DNA from: Candidatus Saccharimonadales bacterium
GTDB taxonomy: Bacteria; Patescibacteriota; UBA1384; 2-12-FULL-50-11
Assembly: GCA_035480235.1 (NCBI GenBank)
Contig: DATIHX010000011.1
Span: 146-64,145, forward strand
Direction: 5' to 3'
Length of the DNA stretch: 64,000 nucleotides
Below the pieces are notes generated by a model that was given only the letters and a program-made list of their open reading frames with translations, had not been told where the DNA came from and made no database searches. Shown here in pieces: positions 1-7,015 of this stretch. How positions within the stretch are numbered: position 1 is the first letter of the stretch; each line of letters opens with the position of its first letter. Position numbers and translations under genes: made by a program.

Positions 1-343
1 GAGCGGCGGAGTCGAGGGGTTTAGCTTCAGCGGTATCAAAAGCAACTGGGCCTTCGTCAACACGAACTTCGCCGCCGTCCGGCTCAACGATTTTGAGGTT
101 GATGCGGGCATCGGAGCGGGCCCCAAAAACACGCAGCAGCGAACGGACAGCTTTAGCGGTCCGGCCTTCGCGACCGATCACCTTACCCATATCGGCCGGG
201 TTAACGGTGAGGGCGATTAAAACGCCGCGCTCGTCCAGGGTACGGGTTGTCACGACGTCGTCGGGATTATCAACGATCGGCTTAACCATACTTTCCACGT
301 ATTCTTGGTCGGTCATTTCGGTAGTTGCTGCGGCTTTGGCCAT
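1..343 (-). CDS. KH-domain RNA-binding protein (YlqC/UPF0109-like); C-terminus runs off the window
   Basis: Manual minus-strand translation from ATG at 343-341: MAKAAATTEMTDQEYVESMVKPIVDNPDDVVTTRTLDERGVLIALTVNPADMGKVIGREGRTAKAVRSLLRVFG... with the KH GxxG loop (IGREGRTA). It is absent from the ORF track because no stop lies in the window. The + ORF 93..383 is its antisense shadow. Confidence 0.7.
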   Translation of the reverse strand, partial: MAKAAATTEMTDQEYVESMVKPIVDNPDDVVTTRTLDERGVLIALTVNPADMGKVIGREGRTAKAVRSLLRVFGARSDARINLKIVEPDGGEVRVDEGPVAFDTAEAKPLDSAA

Positions 344-410
344 AAGTGGTCCTTTTCTAGATTTACAATGGGAGCGCTGTTGAAATAGTTGTAACACAAT
401 AGAGAAATGA

Positions 411-444
411 AAGTAAAGAAAAGCCGCTGAGAAAACTCAGCGGC
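411..444 (-). terminator. Rho-independent terminator after the 450..851 gene
   Basis: 9-bp stem GCCGCTGAG (423-431) / CTCAGCGGC (436-444) with loop AAAA. On the minus strand it is followed by TTTTCTTTACTT. Confidence 0.55.
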
Positions 445-449
445 GATGG

Positions 450-851
450 TCACTGCGGGACCACGTGGTATTTGCCGTCGTTCCAAACGAGGGTTTGGCC
501 GTTTTTCAGCCCACCGGGCGGAATTTCAACGTCTTGATTGTTAATCGCCGCGGCGTAAGTCCCTATACTCGGATTAGCCATAGTGTTTTCCCAATGAATG
601 ATTGTAATCTTAGGCTCCACTGAAACAACGATTACCTTGCCACTTCTGGGGGGTAGGTAGGCAAACAGATCGATCACCAGGCCTATTCCGATCAAGAAAG
701 TTACTCCGCAGGCAGCTATTATGGACGCTACCAACGAGTCTGGTAGTTTGGTTACTCGCCTGGCACACTTTCTGGCAGTAATGGAAGCTAATACGATGCC
801 CACGATCAGTAACACTGCTGCCAGTAATACTCCAATTGTTTCAAAATACAT
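450..851 (-). CDS. hypothetical small membrane protein
   Basis: ORF track, 133 aa. Two hydrophobic segments by eye (IGVLLAAVLLIVGIVLA, IIAACGVTFLIGIGLVIDLF). No recognisable motif. Confidence 0.5.
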   Translation of the reverse strand: MYFETIGVLLAAVLLIVGIVLASITARKCARRVTKLPDSLVASIIAACGVTFLIGIGLVIDLFAYLPPRSGKVIVVSVEPKITIIHWENTMANPSIGTYAAAINNQDVEIPPGGLKNGQTLVWNDGKYHVVPQ

Positions 852-902
852 CTTAACCTCCCGTTAAGTCTGCCGTGATAATACTAGAAATTTAGGAGAA
901 AT

Positions 903-3308
903 TCAAGAGAGAGTGTTGATCGTTAGCACGCTGCCGGGTTTGGGATCTTCCGTAATTATCTGCTTGGCGATCGCGGTTTCCAGATCGTTTTTAATCACCC
1001 GTTCTAAGGCCCGCGCGCCGAAAACCGGGTCGTAACCTTTGAGCGCTAACTGCTGCAAAACGGCGGGTGCAATTTGCAAATCAATTCCTTTGTCTTTTTT
1101 GACTTGAGCTTGGAGAAGAGTAATTTGGAGGCCAACAACTTGGGTGATTTCGCTTGGGCTTAACGGCGCAAAAACGATCGTCCCGTCGAAGCGGTTCAAC
1201 AGCTCCGGCGAAAAAGTTTTGTCGGCGATCAATTTGTCGATTAGCGGTTTTTCGAAGCCTTCAATCGGCGTTTTATTTTCAATTTGGGTTTTGATGTAAT
1301 CGCTGCCGGCGTTACTCGTCGCGATAATAATGGCATTGGTGAAGTCCAAAACCTTACCGTAGTTAGTGGTCAAGCGGCCTTCGTCGAGCAATTGCAAAAG
1401 GACATTTTTCACCGCTGGAGCGGCCTTTTCAAACTCATCAAACAGAACCACGGCCGACGGATTCTCTTGAATCATTACCGTTAACGCCCCCGGCAGGGTG
1501 GTTGGATCGGTACCGAGCAGCTTTTGGAGGCCTGCCGCGTCGGCGTATTCGGTCATATCCAGCCGGATGAGTTTTTTATCGGAGCCAAAATAAATCGCTG
1601 CTAGGGCTTTGGCCGTTTCGGTTTTACCAACGCCGGTTGGGCCCAAAAAGAGGAACGTCCCGACCGGCCTGTTGCCGGTAGAAAGCCCAGCCCGAGCTCG
1701 CAGGAGCGCGTCGCTGACTAATTTAATCGCTCGGTTTTGGCCGATCACCCTCTTATGCAACTCCGCTTCCAAATTCAGTAACGTTTTTTGTTCCGTTGCT
1801 TTCACTTGCAGCGGCACTTGGGCTTTTTGCTCGATCGCCACTTCCACGTCTTCCGGCATGACGAGTAATTTATTGTGGGCGTGGTTGGCCGCGGCGATGG
1901 TTTCTAATAAATCCAGTTCTCGGAGAGGCGAGGCTTGATCTTTGACGTAACGGGCCGCCAGTTTAATTAATTCCGAGAGCGCTTCAATGGTGAAAAAGAC
2001 GTTGTAGCGATTCTCTAATTGGTTGAGGTGCGAAAGGAGGATCGGCAGCAAGTCGGTTTCCATGGGAGCGGAAACTTCCAAAACGCTGAACTGTTCGGCC
2101 AGCCCAGCATTCGGTTTGACGATTTTAGTGTAGTTTTCCGGCGTCATTGTTCCAATAATATGGACCCGCTGGTTTTGCAAATGGGCCGCCAAAACGTTAC
2201 TGACGTCGGCCTCACCGAGTTGGCCGCTACTTAAAAGCTGGTCGATTTGGTTAATAGACAAAATAACGTTGCCGGCTCGCGATAGCTCAGCAAATAAGGC
2301 GTCGAGAAGCTGTTGTGAGGCTGAGGAACTCGAAGCCTGGGCGAGCAACTGCTGAACATCCAGTATCCGGACCGTCGCACCGTCGAGCGCGGTTTTAGTT
2401 TGGTAAAACATTACTTTGGCGGCGAAATTCAAGAAGATTTCTTGTTTACCGCTGCCCGGTTCGCCAACGAGTAACAGATTTTGGCCGCCGCCCTTGTTGA
2501 GATTTTGGGAGATTTGATCAGCTAATTTTTGGCGGGAGAAAAGTGGCCAAATTAACGCGCGCTGCCGAACGCTTGGCGGCACAGTGGTGGTGAGCGAATC
2601 GGTAATCTGGGTGTAGCTGACCGCCCAATCTTTGCCGATGCCGCCGGTCCGGGTGGTGTGGTTCAGCCAAAAAGCTTTTTGCTGGTAGCGGAGTTGGTGC
2701 TGCGCATCGTAAAAACCGAGAACTTGGTTGAGAGTTACTTCGTCCAGTTCGTTTTCGGCTAGTAGCCGTTGGAGGACGGGTAGGCTAAAAATGATATCTA
2801 AAAATTGGTGGATAGAAATTATTTTTTTGGGTGGCGCGGCGGTGAGCAGTTGCTTGAGGGCCGCTTCAGTGAAAGGCTGGTTTTGGAGCGGTGTAAAGTG
2901 GCCTTCGCTTAAGCCGAGCCGCAGCAAGATGATTTTAGTCTCGTCAACTTGGGCAAAGGCGGTTAATAAGCCACCCAGGGTCTGGTCGCGCCACTTCGCC
3001 AACACATTTTGAGCTTCAAAATCGAGCCGGTTGAACGGGTTAGCTAATAAGCCCTCGGCGAGCATAAAGCCCGGGTGATGCCGAAGATACGAAACAAACA
3101 AATTGACCGATTCGGCGACAAACAGCGGCGCAAGTAAGAAGATCGCTATGGCTCCGACCGCACCTGTAATAGTAATAAAAGAATTAATCACCAGTAATAA
3201 TAAGCTGGCCAAGCCAAGAGTGATGAATAAATATCGAAAGATTGTAACGAAACTGCTATCCCAAAGGCGGATAAAACGTGCCCTGCCAAATTGGAAACTC
3301 TTTTTCAT
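903..3308 (-). CDS. Clp/Hsp100-family double AAA+ ATPase with an N-terminal transmembrane region; first ATPase module degenerate
   Basis: D2 has Walker A GPTGVGKTETAKALA and Walker B VVLFDEFEKA. D1 has GEPGSGKQ and ILSINQIDQL in place of GKT and DE. The N-terminus has two hydrophobic helices instead of a Clp N-domain. Start placed at MKKSFQ (ATG 3308), which overlaps the upstream stop as ATGA. Confidence 0.85.
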   Translation of the reverse strand: MKKSFQFGRARFIRLWDSSFVTIFRYLFITLGLASLLLLVINSFITITGAVGAIAIFLLAPLFVAESVNLFVSYLRHHPGFMLAEGLLANPFNRLDFEAQNVLAKWRDQTLGGLLTAFAQVDETKIILLRLGLSEGHFTPLQNQPFTEAALKQLLTAAPPKKIISIHQFLDIIFSLPVLQRLLAENELDEVTLNQVLGFYDAQHQLRYQQKAFWLNHTTRTGGIGKDWAVSYTQITDSLTTTVPPSVRQRALIWPLFSRQKLADQISQNLNKGGGQNLLLVGEPGSGKQEIFLNFAAKVMFYQTKTALDGATVRILDVQQLLAQASSSSASQQLLDALFAELSRAGNVILSINQIDQLLSSGQLGEADVSNVLAAHLQNQRVHIIGTMTPENYTKIVKPNAGLAEQFSVLEVSAPMETDLLPILLSHLNQLENRYNVFFTIEALSELIKLAARYVKDQASPLRELDLLETIAAANHAHNKLLVMPEDVEVAIEQKAQVPLQVKATEQKTLLNLEAELHKRVIGQNRAIKLVSDALLRARAGLSTGNRPVGTFLFLGPTGVGKTETAKALAAIYFGSDKKLIRLDMTEYADAAGLQKLLGTDPTTLPGALTVMIQENPSAVVLFDEFEKAAPAVKNVLLQLLDEGRLTTNYGKVLDFTNAIIIATSNAGSDYIKTQIENKTPIEGFEKPLIDKLIADKTFSPELLNRFDGTIVFAPLSPSEITQVVGLQITLLQAQVKKDKGIDLQIAPAVLQQLALKGYDPVFGARALERVIKNDLETAIAKQIITEDPKPGSVLTINTLS

Positions 3309-3676
3309 CGGGTGACGATCCAAACTGCTAATACTGGCAAAATAAAGATTAAAGCCGGCACGACGGACCACAGCACTAAACCAACACCAAGCAAAATTGT
3401 TAGGAAGGCCAAACTAATGACGGCGACAAAAATAACAATCGAGCGCAACACAATGCCGATAAAACGACTGGCCAAATTTTGCTCCCACAGTTTGACGGTG
3501 TCGCTCAAGGCGGCGTTTTGGGCTGATAAAACATCGTTTTTCCATGGCGCAAACCAACTTTTGACCAAAATTTCCAGCGAAAAAAAGTCGGCTACTTCGT
3601 ATAAAACCGCCGCTGCCACTTGCCAACTTTGCTTATAGCCCTCGCCGTACCACCAATAAAAATATCCGGTTAACAT
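3305..3676 (-). CDS. hypothetical membrane protein, translationally coupled to the Clp-like gene
   Basis: ORF track, 123 aa. C-terminal hydrophobic segments. Its stop overlaps the next start (ATGA at 3305-3308). Confidence 0.55.
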   Translation of the reverse strand: MLTGYFYWWYGEGYKQSWQVAAAVLYEVADFFSLEILVKSWFAPWKNDVLSAQNAALSDTVKLWEQNLASRFIGIVLRSIVIFVAVISLAFLTILLGVGLVLWSVVPALIFILPVLAVWIVTR

Positions 3677-3769
3677 CCCCTCTTCTGCAGTATGGCAGAA
3701 AACGAAGCCACTTTCCCTTGATTAGTTAGCTAAACTTATCTATACTACAGCTACCAAACGGAGGAAAAA

Positions 3770-4213
3770 ATGGTTCAGAATACTGCGCCTTCGCTGGACG
3801 CTCTTTATAAGGAGATCAGAGTGGCCGAAGAAAATTACAACCAACTCGTCACTACCGCCGAAGTCATTGCTCAAGCAATCACTAGAAATCTCGACGTTTT
3901 CAAACGCTGCCTGCCTACTCACTCGAACAAAACAGGGTTCCAGCAGCTTTCGTCAGATGGGGGCAATTCGTTTTACGCACCGCTTCATTCCAGAGACAGA
4001 TTGGCAGTTTACGCTGATGGGCAATTTGAGGGGGCCAAACTAAATTTTAGTTTTAGGCATGGCGTTCTACGATTAAGCTTTCTAGGTGATGAAAAGTGGT
4101 TAGGAGGTTTCATCGAGAAAGTCTATCCGTTCCTCGTCAAGCAGCTCGACGAACACAATGAGCAGCAGGCAGAGTATTTCGCAAAGCTACGACAGCTTTA
4201 TGCCGAAGCGTAG
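3770..4213 (+). CDS. hypothetical protein
   Basis: ORF track, 147 aa. Strong SD (AGGAGGAAAAAATG). No recognisable motif. Confidence 0.5.
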   Translation: MVQNTAPSLDALYKEIRVAEENYNQLVTTAEVIAQAITRNLDVFKRCLPTHSNKTGFQQLSSDGGNSFYAPLHSRDRLAVYADGQFEGAKLNFSFRHGVLRLSFLGDEKWLGGFIEKVYPFLVKQLDEHNEQQAEYFAKLRQLYAEA

Positions 4214-4217
4214 TATC

Positions 4218-4243
4218 AGCGGGACAAAAGTCCCGCTTTTTTT
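4218..4243. terminator. bidirectional terminator between convergent genes
   Basis: AGCGGGAC-AAAA-GTCCCGCT hairpin followed by a T7 run. On the other strand A/T-rich flanks serve rpsP. Confidence 0.6.
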
Positions 4244-4254
4244 ATGAATTAAGC

Positions 4255-4686
4255 CTATTCAGCTACTGGTTCTTCAGCGGGGGCAGCGTCGTCGGCAGCC
4301 GGAACTTCTTCGGTAACAACTTCAGCCGTAGGCTCTGGAGCGGCGTTTTCGGCTTGTGTTTCGGCAGCGGCTTCAGGAGCTGGCGCGGCCTTAGCGGCTT
4401 CTTCTACGGCTTTCTTCGGGTTGCGTTTTTTCTTAATCACAACAACGGAGCCGTGTTTAATTTTCTCTTTTTCAAACAAGCGAGCAACAGAATTGGACGG
4501 CTTGGCGCCTTTGTTCAGCCAGTTCATCGCTTCGTCTTTATTAATAGTGGTGGCTTTGGAGTGCGGGTTGTAGGAGCCTAAATCAGCCACAAAACGGCCG
4601 TCGATCGGCATGGTGTGTTCGGCCACCACAACCCGGTAGGTTGGGCTATTTTTCTTGCCGATGCGGCGATAACGGATAATTAACAT
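4255..4686 (-). CDS. rpsP: 30S ribosomal protein S16 with an Ala/Glu/Pro-rich C-terminal extension
   Basis: MLIIRYRRIGKKNSPTYRVVVAEH... is the canonical S16 N-terminus. Confidence 0.95.
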   Translation of the reverse strand: MLIIRYRRIGKKNSPTYRVVVAEHTMPIDGRFVADLGSYNPHSKATTINKDEAMNWLNKGAKPSNSVARLFEKEKIKHGSVVVIKKKRNPKKAVEEAAKAAPAPEAAAETQAENAAPEPTAEVVTEEVPAADDAAPAEEPVAE

Positions 4687-4709
4687 ATTTGTTTTTGAAT
4701 TGGTTGGCC

Positions 4710-4863
4710 GTGAGGAAATATATTTCTAGCTAAACGCAACTCGGCTCGAAGAAGGATCTTCCAGGTTCCACTATATCGGCATTTCAACCGATTATTGCCT
4801 TGTTCATCGGCAATATTGGAATTGAGCCGAGCTTACTTAAACGCTGCGAAAAACATTTCCTCA
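4710..4863 (-). repeat. structured intergenic element, copy 1 (fills the fmt-rpsP spacer)
   Basis: Shares the cores GCTAAACGCAACTCGGCTCG..GAAGGATCTTCCAGGTTCCACTAT and GGAAT.GAGCCGAGCTT.CTTAAACGCT with 51135..51256. The outer 10-bp helix GTGAGGAAAT (4710-4719) / ATTTCCTCAC (4854-4863) is unique to this copy. It also has an extra ~42-nt hairpin insert. Confidence 0.6.
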
Positions 4864-4873
4864 CTGCCAGGTC

Positions 4874-6229
4874 TTAGGCAATTATACTAAACCAGGACTC
4901 TTTGGTCAACTGGTTGGCGTAGCCCCGCTTGAAGTCGGCCCAGTTGGCCGGTTGTTTGCCCTCCAGTTGGACGGTATCCAAGACTAACTTGCCGTTCTCT
5001 AGGTGGGCGGCAATAATTTTCAGCCGCTGACCGTTAAGAACGGTAAACGTCCCCGGCCAGGGAGTAAACGCCCGGATTTGGCGGTCGATCTGCTCCGGCG
5101 AAAGCGACCAGTCGATCTCACCCATTTCTTTAGTAAGTTTAGTAGTGCCAGTTACTGCTTGTTCGTTTTGCGGCTGGATTTTGGCTTGGCCGCTCAAATA
5201 AACGGGCAAATTTTTCAGGAGTAATTTAGCACCGAGCTCGGCGGCTTTGTTTTTGAGCGTTGGAAAATCGTCGGTTTCGGCGATTACCAGCTTTTCTTGC
5301 GCCACTACGCCGCCGGCGTCAACTTTTGGCTCCATCGTCATAATGGTGACACCAGTTTCTTTATCGCCGCTCAAAATGGCGGTTTGGATCGGCGTCGCGC
5401 CGCGATATTTGGGTAAAAGCGAAGGATGAATGTTCAACGAGCCGTATTTTGGCACCACCAAGGCTTCAGCTGGCAGAATTTTGCCGTAAGAAGCTAAAAC
5501 TAGCAAATCTGGCTTGAGTTGCTGGATAATTTTTGTCAATTCCGGCTTATCGTCGGGCTGAAAAACGGCGATGCCGGCCTGCTCGGCGTTAGTTTTAACA
5601 ACTGGCTCGGTGGTTTCGTTGCCCCGGCCGGCCCGCTTGGCCGTTTCGGTGATGGCGGCCATCACCGTCTGCTTGGCGTCGATAAGAGCGTTAAAAATAA
5701 CGTTACTGAAATCGTCCGAGCCCAAGAAAACAATTTTGGCGAATTGATAATTTTCTAGTTTGTTCAGTTCAAGCGCATAGTCAGTAAATAAAATACCGTT
5801 AATATGGTCGATTTCGTGCTGCAAAATCCGAGCAAAAATGCCCTTAGCTTTGATGGTCACCGGCTTGCCGTCGAGGTTTTGGGCCGCTACCGTAACGCCG
5901 GCGCTACGCTCCACCGGCAGTTCCAGCCCCGGCAAACTCAAGCAGCCTTCCGTCATCGTCTCTTTTTCTTTGGAAAATTTGAGAACTTTTGGGTTAACAA
6001 GCGCTTGTTCGGGGATTCGCGGTAATTCGTCATGAGCGTCTTTAGGCTCGTAACCCATCACAATTAAGCGTTTATCGAGGCCTACTTGAACACCGGCCAA
6101 ACCGAGACCGTCGTGCGATTTCATGGCTTTGAGCATCTCGGCCGCCTCTTTTTTGAGCTCTTCGTCAAAAACCGTCACGGCCTTGGCAGTGCGGCGCAAA
6201 AACGGGTCGTAAATTACTTTAACTTCCAT
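4874..6229 (-). CDS. def/fmt: peptide deformylase fused to methionyl-tRNA formyltransferase (single ORF)
   Basis: The N-terminal ~165 aa carry the Def motifs GVQVG, EGCLSLPG and HEIDHINGILF. The ORF continues without a stop into Fmt (AKIVFLGSDDFS ... LNIHPSLLPKYRGATPIQ). Start taken at MEVKVIYDP (ATG 6229). The longer track ORF to 6448 overlaps the upstream gene. Confidence 0.85.
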   Translation of the reverse strand: MEVKVIYDPFLRRTAKAVTVFDEELKKEAAEMLKAMKSHDGLGLAGVQVGLDKRLIVMGYEPKDAHDELPRIPEQALVNPKVLKFSKEKETMTEGCLSLPGLELPVERSAGVTVAAQNLDGKPVTIKAKGIFARILQHEIDHINGILFTDYALELNKLENYQFAKIVFLGSDDFSNVIFNALIDAKQTVMAAITETAKRAGRGNETTEPVVKTNAEQAGIAVFQPDDKPELTKIIQQLKPDLLVLASYGKILPAEALVVPKYGSLNIHPSLLPKYRGATPIQTAILSGDKETGVTIMTMEPKVDAGGVVAQEKLVIAETDDFPTLKNKAAELGAKLLLKNLPVYLSGQAKIQPQNEQAVTGTTKLTKEMGEIDWSLSPEQIDRQIRAFTPWPGTFTVLNGQRLKIIAAHLENGKLVLDTVQLEGKQPANWADFKRGYANQLTKESWFSIIA

Positions 6230-6272
6230 GCGCTGTAAGTTTATCTTATCAGGCGTAAAAAATCCAGGCGAG

Positions 6273-6307
6273 GGGTAAAGAAAAGCCGCCCAGACTAGCT
6301 GGGCGGC
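6273..6307 (-). terminator. Rho-independent terminator overlapping the stop of the 6295..6978 gene
   Basis: GCCGCCCAG (6285-6293) / CTGGGCGGC (6299-6307). The minus strand continues TTTTCTTTACC. Confidence 0.55.
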
Positions 6308-6978
6308 TTCAAACCAAAAGGCAGTGGACCGATATATCCGCCTTTCATGGGTTGAATGTCGAATTTCGTTGGCGTCTGATGAGCTTGGCGTAAGAACTTT
6401 GTTGCAAGCGCCAAGTGCTGAACGTCGATTAGCGTCCCTAGACCACAAAAGTACTTGACTAGATTCTCCAGAGAATTAGCGTCTTTGGCGGAGTTGGGGT
6501 GTTTTTCTGGAACAATCCGACCCTCGCCAACAAAAAGCCTTGCAGAGTCAACAGTCTCGCCTGTTTCCCAATTGAGGACTACGGGGGAAAAGAAAAACAT
6601 GCCATCCTGTTGAAACTTCGGGTCGAGGAGTATCTTGAGAACTTGCGGCCGTTCCAGCTCGAGCCACGTCCCTAACGCCAAGTAATCAGCAAATCCTTTC
6701 CGAATCATGATTGTATAAATTCTTTCGGCCGGTGTACCGACATGAACGGCGAACCGGTGCCAGTCATGATGATTCGTAAAACCAAACTCGCACCGATAAT
6801 TGTCGATGAGGCCCTTGACATGAAACCCCTCAGGACCACCACATATACCCCGAAGGCTCACGATTGGACAACGCCACAGCTCCTCATCGCGCCAAATTTG
6901 ATGATAGGAAAGATAGACCGCGACGTCCCTTTCTAGCATTTTCGCCAGCTCCTGAATTGCTCCCATATTCCACCCCAC
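6295..6978 (-). CDS. hypothetical protein (orphan gene between priA-like and def/fmt)
   Basis: ORF track, 227 aa. No recognisable motif. Looks AT-richer than its neighbours by eye. Confidence 0.5.
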   Translation of the reverse strand: MGWNMGAIQELAKMLERDVAVYLSYHQIWRDEELWRCPIVSLRGICGGPEGFHVKGLIDNYRCEFGFTNHHDWHRFAVHVGTPAERIYTIMIRKGFADYLALGTWLELERPQVLKILLDPKFQQDGMFFFSPVVLNWETGETVDSARLFVGEGRIVPEKHPNSAKDANSLENLVKYFCGLGTLIDVQHLALATKFLRQAHQTPTKFDIQPMKGGYIGPLPFGLKPPS

Positions 6979-7015
6979 TAAAATGTGCTGGTTTCAGTAT
7001 AACTAAACAGACCCG

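Noticed and set aside
93-383. A 96-aa plus-strand ORF at the left edge of the window.
   Set aside because: It is the antisense shadow of a well-supported KH-domain gene on the minus strand. Its translation is low-complexity Arg/Ser/Thr-rich, with no motif and no SD.
6229-6448. An N-terminal extension of the def/fmt ORF (the track gives 524 aa starting at 6448).
   Set aside because: The extension overlaps the 3' end and terminator of the upstream gene (6295-6978) and has no Def-like sequence. Conserved Def begins at MEVKVIYDP (6229).
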